Notes: generated from the letters alone by a model not told the origin. Positions 1-10,687 are shown, numbered from the stretch's first letter. The stretch: 32,000 nucleotides of DNA from Flavobacteriales bacterium (GCA_018402015.1 JAGYJL010000021.1:1-32000); one strand, 5' to 3'. Numbers and translations are program-made.

Positions 1-1
1 C

Positions 2-2182
2 GGTATTGAGCAACCAGCACTTTTTTCTGTAAAGAAGTACAATGCGTGGCAGCAACTTGGCCAGGAGATTCTTGCTTTAGATGGTATCGAACAGGTTGTT
101 TCCGCTGCCAGATGTTATCATTTGGTTAGGAATGACAGTCTGAAACGTTTTGATTTCAAGTTGTTGCACGAAGGAGAAGTGGCAGATCAGGCTACTGCCG
201 ATTCGTTAAAAAGAACCATCTCCGATCTGGCCTTCTACGATCGTATGCTTTGGGATGAGGAATCTGGCATTTCGGTAATGGCCATAACCATGAATGCCAA
301 AGTGCTTGACAGCAAGAAGCGCGTTGCCTTGACCGACCAGATTGTGAGCGTTGGTTCTAAATATGAATCTGCTTTAGGTGCTACGCTTCGGTACTCGGGC
401 ATGCCTTACATCCGCAGTTTGCTGGCAAAAGTGGTAGCAAGCGAAATGGTCTTGTTCATACTGTATGCTATTCTGGTTACTGCACTCATCATGTTCGTGT
501 TCTTCCGCTCGTTCAAAGTGGTAATGGTTGCTATGTTGGTTGTTGCCATTGGTGCTATTTGGTCCATTGGTCTGGTGTCTGTTCTCGGGTTCCAACTTTC
601 AATTTTAACAGGATTGGTACCTCCCCTCATTATCGTTATAGGGGTTGCCAATTGTATTTTCCTGCTGAACAAGTACCACACAGAGTACCGCTCTCACGGA
701 AACAAGATAAAAGGACTGCAACGTGTGGTTAGAAAAGTGGGTAAAGCAACGCTGCTTACCAATGCAACTACCGCTGCTGGCTTTGCAACTTTTACGGTAG
801 TTGAAAGCTCTGTAATGCGCGAATTCGGAGTTGTGGCTTCCGTTTCCATCATGTTCATTTTCGTGCTTTCGCTGCTGCTCGTCCCGATTGTATTCAGTTT
901 CCTGAAAGAACCGAAAGCACGCCACGTAAAACACCTCGACCGTAAGTATTCGCAGGTTTTCGTTTCACGTATCGTTGAACTTGTACTTAGCTATCGTACG
1001 CGGGTCTACTGGTTCTTCGGTATTGTGGTGGTTGTGGGTATTTACGGCATTACGCTCATTACGTCCAACGGAAATATTGTGGATGATTTCCCGAAGGACA
1101 GTCCTGTGTTGACCGACCTCGCATTCTTTGAGAAACATTTTAACGGGGTTATGCCTTTCGAGATTCAGATAGACGCGTTGAAACCAGACAAGGCGCTTTC
1201 TCCAGCTACGCTGAAACGTATAGACAAATTACAAGAAGCCATTTCTGCCTACCCGGAATTTTCCAGAGCGGTGAGCATGGCCGAAGTTGTAAAATCCTTG
1301 AAACAGGCCTACTACGGTGGTATGCCAAGTAAATATTCGCTTCCTAATGGAGCTGAGCGCGGCTTTATTCTTTCCTACGCCAACAATCAAGGAACAAGCA
1401 ACAGCTCTGAGCTACTCAACAGTTTTATTGACAGCACGAAACAGATAACCAGAGTCAGCTTTCAGATGAAAGATGTTGGAACAGACGAAATGGACCGTCT
1501 GTTGGCGGAGATACGCCCGAAGGTTGATAGCATTTTCAATCCGGATCAATACAAAACGCTTCTAACCGGAACATCTGTTGTTTACCTGCGCGGAACAGAT
1601 TATCTGGTCAAAAATCTGTTTGTCAGTTTAAGTATAGCCGTGGTACTTATTGCGCTGATGATGGCATACATGTTCAGAAGCTGGCGCATGGTGGCCGTGT
1701 CGCTTATTCCCAATATCATTCCATTGATCATAACCGGTGCGCTGATGGGTTTTCTAGGCATAACCATCAAGCCTTCAACCATCTTGGTGTTCAGCATTGC
1801 ATTCGGTATTTCTGTAGATGATACCATTCATTTTCTGGCCAAGTATCGCCAAGAGTTGGAAGTAAATAACTGGCGCATCAAACGGAGCGTTATTCTTGCA
1901 TTGCACGAAGTTGGACTAAGCATGGCCTACACCTCAATTGTGCTGTTTTTCGGGTTCTCCATTTTCAACCTCAGCACATTCGGTGGTACCAAAGCTTTGG
2001 GTATGTTGGTTTCAATCACATTGTTGGTGGCCATGTTCTCCAATCTTATCCTCCTACCATCGCTATTATTAACTTTAGAGCGCTCATTAACAACCAAATA
2101 TTTTAAAGCCGCAGGCATCGATCCTGACGATCTTGAAGAAGAAACCGAAGCCGAACTGAGCACTCAAAACCATACCATATGA
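2..2182 (+). CDS. RND-superfamily (MMPL/SSD-type) membrane exporter, 5'-truncated by window edge
   Basis: The frame is open from nt 2, with no stop before the TTG at 122 used by the ORF track. There are two blocks of about six hydrophobic helices (e.g. [36 protein letters not shown]) separated by a large soluble loop, the typical 12-TM RND/MMPL layout. The stop overlaps the next ATG (ATGA at 2179-2182). Confidence 0.8.
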   Translation, partial: GIEQPALFSVKKYNAWQQLGQEILALDGIEQVVSAARCYHLVRNDSLKRFDFKLLHEGEVADQATADSLKRTISDLAFYDRMLWDEESGISVMAITMNAKVLDSKKRVALTDQIVSVGSKYESALGATLRYSGMPYIRSLLAKVVASEMVLFILYAILVTALIMFVFFRSFKVVMVAMLVVAIGAIWSIGLVSVLGFQLSILTGLVPPLIIVIGVANCIFLLNKYHTEYRSHGNKIKGLQRVVRKVGKATLLTNATTAAGFATFTVVESSVMREFGVVASVSIMFIFVLSLLLVPIVFSFLKEPKARHVKHLDRKYSQVFVSRIVELVLSYRTRVYWFFGIVVVVGIYGITLITSNGNIVDDFPKDSPVLTDLAFFEKHFNGVMPFEIQIDALKPDKALSPATLKRIDKLQEAISAYPEFSRAVSMAEVVKSLKQAYYGGMPSKYSLPNGAERGFILSYANNQGTSNSSELLNSFIDSTKQITRVSFQMKDVGTDEMDRLLAEIRPKVDSIFNPDQYKTLLTGTSVVYLRGTDYLVKNLFVSLSIAVVLIALMMAYMFRSWRMVAVSLIPNIIPLIITGALMGFLGITIKPSTILVFSIAFGISVDDTIHFLAKYRQELEVNNWRIKRSVILALHEVGLSMAYTSIVLFFGFSIFNLSTFGGTKALGMLVSITLLVAMFSNLILLPSLLLTLERSLTTKYFKAAGIDPDDLEEETEAELSTQNHTI

Positions 2183-3039
2183 AAGGAATCATACTTGCGG
2201 GCGGTTCTGGAACCCGATTGCATCCGCTTACACTGGCCGTAAGCAAGCAGCTGATGCCTGTTTACAATAAGCCAATGATCTACTATCCGCTCAGCATTCT
2301 TATGCTGGCCGGAATCCGAGAGATCCTTATCATCTCAACACCTCAAGATCTTCCGAACTTCGAAAGGCTATTGGGTTCAGGAGAACAGATCGGTTGCAAA
2401 TTCTCTTACAAGGTTCAAGAAGTTCCGAACGGACTGGCGCAAGCTTTCGTTATCGGTGAGGAATTCATTGGCAATGATAAAGTTGCACTGGTTCTAGGCG
2501 ATAACATCTTTTACGGCCACGGGTTGGAGCAAACACTGAAGGCAAACAACGACCCTGATGGAGGCGTGGTTTATGCCTACCACGTTAGCGATCCCGAGCG
2601 TTACGGTGTCGTTGAGTTCGATGAGGATTTCAATGCGTTGACAATTGAAGAAAAACCAACTCAACCAAAGTCGAATTATGCAGTTCCCGGCCTGTATTTC
2701 TATGATAATTCGGTAGTTGAAGTGGCTAAGAACCTACAACCGAGCGCACGCGGGGAATACGAGATCACGGATGTGAACAAGTACTATCTGAAAGAAGGCA
2801 AACTCAAGGTTGGTCTGTTAGGACGGGGAACGGCTTGGCTTGATACCGGAACTTTCGTTTCGTTGATGCAGGCCAGCCAATACGTTCAAACCATTGAAGA
2901 ACGACAAGGTTTGGCCATTGGCTGTATTGAGGAGGTGGCCTACCGACAGAAATTCATAACGGCAGAACAGCTTCGGAAAATTGCAGAACCTCTTCAGAAA
3001 AGCGGTTACGGAGATTACCTCATGAAACTGGTGAAATAA
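2179..3039 (+). CDS. rfbA: glucose-1-phosphate thymidylyltransferase
   Basis: 286 aa. N-terminal [16 protein letters not shown] nucleotidyltransferase signature, [12 protein letters not shown], and an overall RmlA-like sequence. Confidence 0.95.
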   Translation: MKGIILAGGSGTRLHPLTLAVSKQLMPVYNKPMIYYPLSILMLAGIREILIISTPQDLPNFERLLGSGEQIGCKFSYKVQEVPNGLAQAFVIGEEFIGNDKVALVLGDNIFYGHGLEQTLKANNDPDGGVVYAYHVSDPERYGVVEFDEDFNALTIEEKPTQPKSNYAVPGLYFYDNSVVEVAKNLQPSARGEYEITDVNKYYLKEGKLKVGLLGRGTAWLDTGTFVSLMQASQYVQTIEERQGLAIGCIEEVAYRQKFITAEQLRKIAEPLQKSGYGDYLMKLVK

Positions 3040-3040
3040 C

Positions 3041-4003
3041 ATGAAATATCCCGCAGAAATAAAGAACAAGATCCTTGTAACAGGCGGTGCTGGTTTCGTA
3101 GGTAGCGCCATTGCTGCAAAGCTGGCTGCAAACCCAGAGAATTACGTGGTGATTGTAGACAATCTGTTGACGGGTTCGCTCAAAAAAGTTCCCGAATCAG
3201 AACACAACAACATTCGTTTCATCAAATGCGATGCAAACGATTACAAAGACATATCAAGCGTTTTCTACGCCTATACATTCGACTACGTTTTTCATTACGC
3301 AGCCGTAGTAGGTGTAAAAAGAACTCTTCAGAATCCTGTAATGGTTCTGAAGGACATAGAAGGATTGAACAACGTTCTTGCCTTAAGCAAGAACACTGGG
3401 GTAAAAAGGATTTATTATTCCAGTTCTTCGGAAGTATATGGCGAACCGGTAGAATTTCCACAGAACGAGGAAACAACACCCCTCAACTCACGACTGCCCT
3501 ACGCCATTGTTAAGAACGTGGGCGAGGCTTACTTGAAATCATATCAGCGAGAATTCGGATTGGAATACACCATTTTCCGATTCTTTAACACCTACGGACC
3601 GAAGCAAAGTAAGGAGTTCGTGATCTCTCGTTTCCTTTCGTTAGCGCTTCAAAATCAAGACATCACCATTTATGGAGATGGCTCTCAGACACGGACATTC
3701 TGTTTCATAAACGATAACGTAGACGCTTGCGTAGCCGCTTTCTACAACGATATGTACGTGAACGATGTGGTAAACATTGGCGGTAATATCGAAGTCCCGG
3801 TAATTGAGCTGGCCACGAAGATCATTGAAGTAACCGGCTCAAAATCGAAGTTGATTCACCTTCCTGCATTGGAGGAAGGCGATATGACCAGACGATTGCC
3901 TGATACAAGCAAGATGCAAACGCTACTCGATCGGCCAGTTACCACACTTGAGGACGGTCTGCGCGAAGTAATCCAACACGGACAGTTCATCTCGCTATTG
4001 TGA
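3041..4003 (+). CDS. NAD-dependent epimerase/dehydratase (extended SDR, UDP-sugar decarboxylase/epimerase-like)
   Basis: VTGGAGFVGS Rossmann motif, catalytic YxxxK (PYAIVKNVGEAY), 320 aa. It starts 1 nt after the rfbA stop. Confidence 0.85.
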   Translation: MKYPAEIKNKILVTGGAGFVGSAIAAKLAANPENYVVIVDNLLTGSLKKVPESEHNNIRFIKCDANDYKDISSVFYAYTFDYVFHYAAVVGVKRTLQNPVMVLKDIEGLNNVLALSKNTGVKRIYYSSSSEVYGEPVEFPQNEETTPLNSRLPYAIVKNVGEAYLKSYQREFGLEYTIFRFFNTYGPKQSKEFVISRFLSLALQNQDITIYGDGSQTRTFCFINDNVDACVAAFYNDMYVNDVVNIGGNIEVPVIELATKIIEVTGSKSKLIHLPALEEGDMTRRLPDTSKMQTLLDRPVTTLEDGLREVIQHGQFISLL

Positions 4004-4975
4004 ATGAATAAAATCCAAGGTCTCTTACGCGATTTTGAGCTTGTTCTAAAAGATTTTGAACTTCCCAAAGAACCAGAGCAGCTCTACCGGCCAATGTCCT
4101 ATACCATTGGTAATGGCGGCAAAAGAATGCGTCCTTTACTTGTTCTGCTTGGTTGCAAACTTTTTAATGAGGATCTAACCAATGCAATGCATCCTGCCTT
4201 GGGTATGGAGTTATTCCACAATTTCAGCCTGATCCATGACGACATCATGGATCAAGCGCCTATCAGACGCGGCATGCCATCCGTGTATAAGAAATGGAAC
4301 AGCAATGTGGCCATTCTTTCTGGCGATGCAATGGTGATCAAGGCGTACGAAGAATTGATCATGACCGATGAACGTGTGGCACTTCCGATTCTGAAGTTAT
4401 TCAATACTACGGCCATAGAGGTTTGCGAAGGTCAGCAGCTGGACATGGATTTTGAGCTACGCGATGATGTGACCATTGATGCGTATTTGAATATGATACG
4501 GTTGAAGACAGCCGTTCTTTTGGCCGCTTGCCTGAAAATTGGAGCAATGATCGGTGGTGCTTCCGAAAAAGACGCTCAGTTATTGTACGATTTTGGTTTG
4601 AACTCCGGTATCGCCTTCCAACTTCAAGACGACATTCTTGATGCCTATGGCGAAAGCTCCAAAGTTGGCAAACAGCAAGGGGGCGACATCATATCCAACA
4701 AGAAAACCTTCCTTCTTTTAAAGGCCAAGCAACTGGTAAATAATGAAGACCTCAGCAAGTTGAACCACTTGATAAATGGGAATCACAATGATCAGGACAA
4801 GGTATCCGCAGTGCTTGATCTTTACCACAAATTGGATGTTCGAAAACTAGCAGAAGCAGAAATGTGGAGCTTCTTCAACAAAGGCGTTAGCTGTTTGAAC
4901 CAAGTTGAAGGAAGTGCCGAGTGGAAACAGGTACTCCTCGCGTTCAGCACCCAATTAATGCATCGCGAACATTGA
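4004..4975 (+). CDS. polyprenyl (isoprenyl) diphosphate synthase
   Basis: Two Asp-rich motifs, LIHDDIMD and QLQDDILD, plus KRMRP. The ATG directly abuts the upstream TGA. Product chain length cannot be told from the sequence. Confidence 0.9.
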   Translation: MNKIQGLLRDFELVLKDFELPKEPEQLYRPMSYTIGNGGKRMRPLLVLLGCKLFNEDLTNAMHPALGMELFHNFSLIHDDIMDQAPIRRGMPSVYKKWNSNVAILSGDAMVIKAYEELIMTDERVALPILKLFNTTAIEVCEGQQLDMDFELRDDVTIDAYLNMIRLKTAVLLAACLKIGAMIGGASEKDAQLLYDFGLNSGIAFQLQDDILDAYGESSKVGKQQGGDIISNKKTFLLLKAKQLVNNEDLSKLNHLINGNHNDQDKVSAVLDLYHKLDVRKLAEAEMWSFFNKGVSCLNQVEGSAEWKQVLLAFSTQLMHREH

Positions 4976-4977
4976 CA

Positions 4978-5355
4978 ATGGACCTTCCGCTTTCCACTTC
5001 AGATTTTGAGCGGTACGAACGCAGCGTTTCACTCCTTCAAGAGGTAGTTGCTCAGATCAATAAGGATTTTCGGTTGAATGGTTTTGACGTAGAATTTTCC
5101 GGTCAAGGGGAAACGGCTTACGAAGAACTCTCATCGCAACTGGCCCCGGTTATCGACTATATGCTTGAGCATCAACCCGATACATTCTGGAATCTCATTT
5201 ACAGTATTGACCTGAATGAGAACAAGGTGAAGCACATCCTGTTTGGTCAAGAAGAGGTTTCTGATGCCATCGGACAACTTACCGACCTTATTCTAAAACG
5301 CGAATTGCAGAAGGTTGTCATCCGAAATTTCTACTCGGGTAAACAACTACCGTAA
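4978..5355 (+). CDS. hypothetical protein (125 aa from the ATG at 4978)
   Basis: ORF in the operon context, with its ATG 2 nt after the upstream stop. I recognise no motif. The GTG at 4921 in the ORF track would overlap the previous gene by 55 nt and is less likely. Confidence 0.5.
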   Translation: MDLPLSTSDFERYERSVSLLQEVVAQINKDFRLNGFDVEFSGQGETAYEELSSQLAPVIDYMLEHQPDTFWNLIYSIDLNENKVKHILFGQEEVSDAIGQLTDLILKRELQKVVIRNFYSGKQLP

Positions 5356-5405
5356 CATTGCTGTTAACATGTGCATATTCTGTGCTTAACGCCAATTGAT
5401 AATCT

Positions 5406-5413
5406 TATCTTTG
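5406..5413 (+). promoter_or_regulatory. candidate Bacteroidota -7 promoter box (TATCTTTG = TAnnTTTG) upstream of sucA
   Basis: Exact match to the TAnnTTTG consensus, 35 nt upstream of the sucA ATG. No clean -33 TTG element at canonical spacing. Confidence 0.3.
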
Positions 5414-5447
5414 CCGAAATCAAAAGAACCGACACCGTCCGCCACTA

Positions 5448-8183
5448 ATGGATAAGTTCTCGTACCTCTCAAACATGGATGTTTCCGCAGTGGAACATCT
5501 CTATCAATCTTACAAATCGAACCCCGAATCTGTATCGGAAGACTGGCAGCAATTCTTTGCTGGCTTTGACTTTGCCGAACAGCTTTACGATCAGGATGAC
5601 GCCTCTTTTGGCATTCCTGCCAACGTAAAGAAAGAGTTTGATGTCATCAACCTTATTGAAGGCTACCGTAAGAACGGTCATTTGTTCACTCGTACCAACC
5701 CGGTACGCGAACGAAGAAAATACGTACCAACGCTTGACAAAGAGAACTTTGAGTTGAGCGATGATGATCTAGACACCACCTTCCGAGCCGGAACAATGAT
5801 CGGAATAGGTGCGGCTACCCTGCGCCAGATCATAGAGCATCTAGAGAAAACATACTGCGAAAGCATTGGTGTGGAGTACATGTACATGCGAAGACCAGAA
5901 GTTGTTGGTTGGATGCAGAACCTACTTGAAAGCAACAAGAATCAGCCTAATTTCTCTCTCGAAGAGAAGAAGCAAGTGCTGAAAAAGCTCAGTCAAGCGG
6001 TTCTTTTCGAAGAATTCCTAGGCAAGAAATTCACTGGGCAGAAACGCTTCTCATTGGAAGGGGCCGAATCGCTTATCCCGGCATTGGACATGGCGGTAGA
6101 AGAAGGTGCCGTGCTAGGAATTGAGGAGTTCGTATTCGGAATGGCACACCGTGGCCGACTGAACGTACTGGCCAATATTCTGAATAAAACCTACAAAGAA
6201 ATCTTCTCCGAGTTTGAAGGGAAAGATTACGAAGACGCTGATATAGAAGGCGATGTGAAATACCACATGGGTTACACATCATTCATGACCTGCGATAACG
6301 GTAAGGATGTGAAGATGAACCTTTGCCCGAACCCATCGCACCTAGAGGCCGTTGGTCCAGTTGTGGCAGGGATTTCCAGAGCAAAGATCGATCGGAAATT
6401 CAAAGGAGACGACAGTAAACTATGCCCGATTCTTATCCATGGCGATGCCGCAATTGCAGGCCAAGGTGTGGTTTATGAATTGGTGCAAATGGCAAAGCTT
6501 GATGGCTATAAAACCGGTGGAACCGTTCATATCGTCATCAACAACCAAGTAGGATTTACAACGAATTATACAGACGGGCGTTCGAGTATTTATTGCACCG
6601 ATGTGGCCAAAGTGACACACTCTCCTGTTTTCCACGTAAATGGAGACGATGCTGAGGCCGTTGCGCACACCATGCGAATGGCAATGAAGTTCCGTCAGAC
6701 TTTTAAAAGTGATGTTTTTGTAGACCTTCTGTGCTACAGAAAGTATGGTCATAACGAAGGTGATGAGCCACGTTTTACACAGCCGAATCTCTACGACATT
6801 ATCGCTAAACACCCCAATCCATTGGCCATTTATGCCAAGAAACTGACCTCGTCTGGCGTGGTTGGGGCCGATCTTGTCAAGTCAATGGAGCAGGAATTCA
6901 GCGACATGCTTCAAGAACGCTTGATCGAGGCAAAAGAGATTCAGAAAGCAACGGTAACCCAGTTCTTGGAAGACACTTGGAAAGGGTATCGTTTTGCTAA
7001 AAAGGAAGATTTTGAGAACTCGCTGGAAACAGGAGTTGCTGAAGATAAACTCAAGCAAATAGCCAAAACGTTGACCTCGGTTCCGAAAGACATTAAGGTT
7101 TTCCGCAAAATGCAGAAGATCCTCAAAGACCGCGAAACGATGGTCTTTGAGACCGACAAATTAGACTGGGGAATGGCCGAACTTTTGGCTTATGGCTCGT
7201 TGCTAAAGGAAGGACACCAAGTACGTATATCTGGCCAAGACGTAGAACGTGGTACTTTCTCTCACCGTCATGCAGTTCTCAAAATTGAAGATACTGGTGC
7301 AGAGTACGTTCCATTGGATCATCTGGGAGAAGGACAGGGCGACTTCTTCATTTACAACTCATTACTATCAGAATACGCTGTTCTTGGGTTCGATTATGGA
7401 TACGCATTCGGCTGTCCGAACTGCCTTCCAATTTGGGAAGCTCAGTTCGGAGACTTCAACAATGGTGCGCAGATCATCATCGACCAGTTCATTTCTTCCG
7501 CAGAAGAAAAGTGGAAAGGAATGAACGGAATTGTGATGCTTCTTCCGCATGGTTACGAAGGAATGGGAGCGGAGCACAGTAGTGCACGAATGGAGCGTTT
7601 CCTACAGCTTTGCGCTGACGATAACATGCAAATTGTCAACTGTTCTACTCCAGCCAACTTCTTACACTTGTTAAGAAGGCAGATGAAGCGGGAATTCCGC
7701 AAGCCGTTGGTGGTTTTCACTCCAAAAAGTCTGTTGCGTCATCCGCGCTGCGTCTCTTCCTTAAAAGAACTTGCAAAAGGTCATTTCCAAGAAGTGATAG
7801 ACGATTCTACGGCTGATGCCAAGAAAATTACGCGTGTACTGCTTTGTAGCGGAAAAGTGTACTACGACCTATTGGAAAAGAAAGAAGAATTGAATGCCGA
7901 AGAAGTGGCCATCGTTCGCTTGGAGCAATTAGATCCGCTTCCAAGAACACAGATAGCCAAGCTTCAGGAAAAATACGCCAACGCATCGTGGGTTTGGGTT
8001 CAGGAAGAACCAGCCAACATGGGTGCATGGTCGCATTTGTTGCGTAAGCTTCGCCAGGTTAACCTAGAACTTGTTTCCCGTCCATCTTCGGGTGCGCCAG
8101 CCACAGGTTCTGGTCAGCGCCACCGTGCAGAACAAGCCAAATTGATGAATCAAGCGTTTGCCGATATTGCGGTAACCGCCTAA
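5448..8183 (+). CDS. sucA: 2-oxoglutarate dehydrogenase E1 component
   Basis: 911 aa with ThDP-enzyme blocks (GDAAIAGQGVVYE, HGYEGMGAEHSSARMERFLQ). Followed by the E2 gene. Confidence 0.95.
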   Translation: MDKFSYLSNMDVSAVEHLYQSYKSNPESVSEDWQQFFAGFDFAEQLYDQDDASFGIPANVKKEFDVINLIEGYRKNGHLFTRTNPVRERRKYVPTLDKENFELSDDDLDTTFRAGTMIGIGAATLRQIIEHLEKTYCESIGVEYMYMRRPEVVGWMQNLLESNKNQPNFSLEEKKQVLKKLSQAVLFEEFLGKKFTGQKRFSLEGAESLIPALDMAVEEGAVLGIEEFVFGMAHRGRLNVLANILNKTYKEIFSEFEGKDYEDADIEGDVKYHMGYTSFMTCDNGKDVKMNLCPNPSHLEAVGPVVAGISRAKIDRKFKGDDSKLCPILIHGDAAIAGQGVVYELVQMAKLDGYKTGGTVHIVINNQVGFTTNYTDGRSSIYCTDVAKVTHSPVFHVNGDDAEAVAHTMRMAMKFRQTFKSDVFVDLLCYRKYGHNEGDEPRFTQPNLYDIIAKHPNPLAIYAKKLTSSGVVGADLVKSMEQEFSDMLQERLIEAKEIQKATVTQFLEDTWKGYRFAKKEDFENSLETGVAEDKLKQIAKTLTSVPKDIKVFRKMQKILKDRETMVFETDKLDWGMAELLAYGSLLKEGHQVRISGQDVERGTFSHRHAVLKIEDTGAEYVPLDHLGEGQGDFFIYNSLLSEYAVLGFDYGYAFGCPNCLPIWEAQFGDFNNGAQIIIDQFISSAEEKWKGMNGIVMLLPHGYEGMGAEHSSARMERFLQLCADDNMQIVNCSTPANFLHLLRRQMKREFRKPLVVFTPKSLLRHPRCVSSLKELAKGHFQEVIDDSTADAKKITRVLLCSGKVYYDLLEKKEELNAEEVAIVRLEQLDPLPRTQIAKLQEKYANASWVWVQEEPANMGAWSHLLRKLRQVNLELVSRPSSGAPATGSGQRHRAEQAKLMNQAFADIAVTA

Positions 8184-8204
8184 CCAAAACATAAGATCAC
8201 AAGC

Positions 8205-9428
8205 ATGCCTATAGTAGAGATCAAAGTACCGAGTCCTGGAGAGTCGATAACTGAAGTAGAAATTGCCTCTTTTTTGAAGGAAGATGGCGATTACGTATTC
8301 CTTGATGAGGAAATTTGTGAGGTAGATTCAGACAAGGCCACATTGGCAATTCCAGCAGAGCAAGCTGGCACCATTACTTGGAAGGTTTCCGAAGGCGATG
8401 CGGTGCCTGTAGGTGGAGTTATTGCCACGATCGATACCGATGCCAAAGCGCCTGCAGGAAGTGCTCCTGAAGCAAAGAAGGAAGAGGCTGTGGTTGAAGA
8501 GAAAAAGACCGAGGCTCCCAAAAAACAAGAAGAGGCTCCAAAGAAACAAGAGTCTTACGCAAGCGGAACGCCATCGCCAGCAGCTAAGAAAATGATGTCT
8601 GAGAATGGCGTTTCAGCCAATCAAGTAAAGGCAACAGGTAAGGACGGACGAATCACAAAACAAGATGTTCTGTCGGCCATGTCGTCTGGTTTTGCGCTTG
8701 GTGATGCTGGACGAAGCTGGGAAGGCGGTCGTGAACAGCGCAGAGAGAAAATGAGTATGCTACGCAGAAAAGTAGCCGAGCGTCTGGTTTCTGTAAAGAA
8801 CGAAACCGCTATGCTCACCACATTCAACGAGGTGAACATGAAACCGATCATGGATCTTCGTAACAAGTACAAACAAGCATTTGCTCAACATCACGAAGTG
8901 AATCTTGGATTCATGAGCTTCTTTACCAAAGCTGTTACTGAAGCGCTTTATGATTCTCCGGCTGTAAACGCCATGATCGATGGTCAGGAAATGGTTTTCC
9001 ACGATTACTGCGATATCGGTATTGCAGTAAGTTCTCCAAAAGGTTTAATGGTTCCGGTTGTGCGCAATGCCGAGCAAATGAGCCTAGCTGAGATTGAGGC
9101 CGAGATCAAACGATTGGCTATCAAAGCACGCGATGGTAAGATCAGCGTTGAAGACATGACAGGCGGAACATTCACTATCACAAATGGTGGTGTTTTCGGT
9201 TCGATGATGAGTACACCGATTATCAATCCACCACAGAGTGCAATCCTTGGAATGCACAATATCGTTGACAGAGCGGTTGTGGAGAATGGTGAGATTGTTA
9301 TTCGCCCAATGATGTATTTGGCGTTGAGTTACGATCACCGCATCATTGATGGAAAGGAGTCTGTTTCTGTTCTTAGTGAAAGTGAAGAACATGCTCGAAA
9401 ACCCTACTACCATGCTATTTGGTGGTAA
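8205..9428 (+). CDS. sucB: 2-oxoglutarate dehydrogenase E2 (dihydrolipoyllysine-residue succinyltransferase), C-terminal tail frameshifted
   Basis: Lipoyl domain ([13 protein letters not shown]), A/P/K/E linker, and a catalytic domain with DHRIIDG. The annotated frame ends in the non-homologous tail [20 protein letters not shown]. The canonical tail [26 protein letters not shown] lies in the +1 frame at 9370-9450. Confidence 0.9.
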   Translation: MPIVEIKVPSPGESITEVEIASFLKEDGDYVFLDEEICEVDSDKATLAIPAEQAGTITWKVSEGDAVPVGGVIATIDTDAKAPAGSAPEAKKEEAVVEEKKTEAPKKQEEAPKKQESYASGTPSPAAKKMMSENGVSANQVKATGKDGRITKQDVLSAMSSGFALGDAGRSWEGGREQRREKMSMLRRKVAERLVSVKNETAMLTTFNEVNMKPIMDLRNKYKQAFAQHHEVNLGFMSFFTKAVTEALYDSPAVNAMIDGQEMVFHDYCDIGIAVSSPKGLMVPVVRNAEQMSLAEIEAEIKRLAIKARDGKISVEDMTGGTFTITNGGVFGSMMSTPIINPPQSAILGMHNIVDRAVVENGEIVIRPMMYLALSYDHRIIDGKESVSVLSESEEHARKPYYHAIWW

Positions 9429-9496
9429 ATCGGGTGAAGAGGTTCTTTAGGACTTTGATTCGTCACTCCTTGAACCAGTTCATGCTATTTAACAAT

Positions 9497-9941
9497 TTAA
9501 AGGATGCTGAAACAAATTCCAGGCAATAAGATAATGCATTTAAAAGTAGTTTTGAAAATATCTCCCCTAACAGCCTGGCTCACGGCAGGTGGCTGATCAC
9601 TCAGGTGCAGTGTCAGTACTGGTGCTGCTTCACTCCCATCGGTATGCGGATATTCTCTGCAAGCCTTTATCGTGTTCATAAAACCGAGCAGTAGTTATCC
9701 GCTCCTAGAAAACGGGCACGGCATCGATTTGAATGTCGTCGCCATCCTCGTCTACGCGAACGTATTGGTCCACAAACTCAGCGTCTTTCATCTTTGTGAT
9801 GCTTGCAACACGCTTAATATCCGTAATGGTGAGCAGCGGCCCAGTGGTTGTGCAGCAATTGGCGCACTGTAAACAATCGATACACGAGAAGGCCTTCTCA
9901 TGTGCATCATGCATTACTTCATCCAACTGCCGCGGATTCAT
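9497..9941 (-). pseudogene. YkgJ-family (CxxCxxCC) cysteine-cluster protein, multiply frameshifted
   Basis: The N-terminal ORF (9705-9941) carries CIDCLQCANCCTTTGP. The downstream motifs CPF / LGADNYCSV / YEHD / KACREYPHTD are all present but spread over three frames within 9660-9720. Confidence 0.7.
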
Positions 9942-9987
9942 CCGTTTCAGTCGCTGTACAAACTGTTTCTGATTGCGGGCGCGCGCT

Positions 9988-10687
9988 TATTGGGCAAGAC
10001 CGATTTTACCCGTAAAAGTAGAACCTTCTGCTGTTACGCGGTAGATGTAAACACCTGCGCTCAACTCGAGATTGATGGCTTTGGCCGCTTATACGTCTGT
10101 CCAAACCATCCTTCCACTGGCATCAAAATCTGGAGTTCTGCCGTTCGTTCACAGATTTCAACCACGTAACATCGCTCTGTAACACGCAACGGCCTTCTTC
10201 AGCTCATCTTCTATTCCAAGTGCGTTCAGGCTTCCAATGCTTCGTCAACAGCCACCCCATATCAAAATTCGTGCGCTTTACGTACGAACGGTCGGGTCGA
10301 ACGAAGGTAGTACTCTGGCTGATATACCACTCCGGAACTGCTGTGTAATCGGCATGTCGCCATCATATATAATGCAATGGATATTGTTGTTGTTACGGGT
10401 ATGCGGTTGCATCTGCATTCGTCTCATTCGATCGCGATCTAGTGCCCAAAACACTACTGGGTCGCTATTGGTCTGATAGTCGTTGTAAATAGCTACCACT
10501 TCATCGGCCGTGTTGTTGCAAATGGTGCACCAATTGGTGAAGAATTTGAGCACAACGATCTTGTCATTATTCAACTCAGTAAAAAGGTTGCGCTCTACTC
10601 CATCTACATCTGTAATTGTAAAATCTGAAGTTGTCTGCGCTTGCGCTAAGGGAGAAAAGGACAACGGCCGATAGTAAAGCTCTCATA
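9988..10687 (-). pseudogene. thioredoxin-fold (TlpA/redoxin-like, WCxxC) protein with T9SS C-terminal sorting domain, multiply frameshifted
   Basis: The ATG at 10687 gives a signal peptide, MRALLSAVVLF, in one frame. The Trx domain (FFTNWCTICN) is in another frame (10278-10664). The terminal INLELSAGVYIYRVTAEGSTFTGKIGLAQ* (stop 9988-9990) is a typical T9SS CTD, but it is reached only through further frame changes and an in-frame TAA. Confidence 0.65.

Noticed and set aside
4921-4977. GTG start at 4921 for the small hypothetical gene
   Set aside because: It would overlap the polyprenyl synthase gene by 55 nt. The ATG at 4978 sits 2 nt after the upstream stop, as at the other junctions of the operon.
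6420-6812. 130-aa minus-strand ORF inside sucA, plus similar antisense ORFs inside the RND gene, sucB, bamA, nadK and the nuclease gene
   Set aside because: They are embedded antisense in genes with unambiguous homology and have no independent signal.
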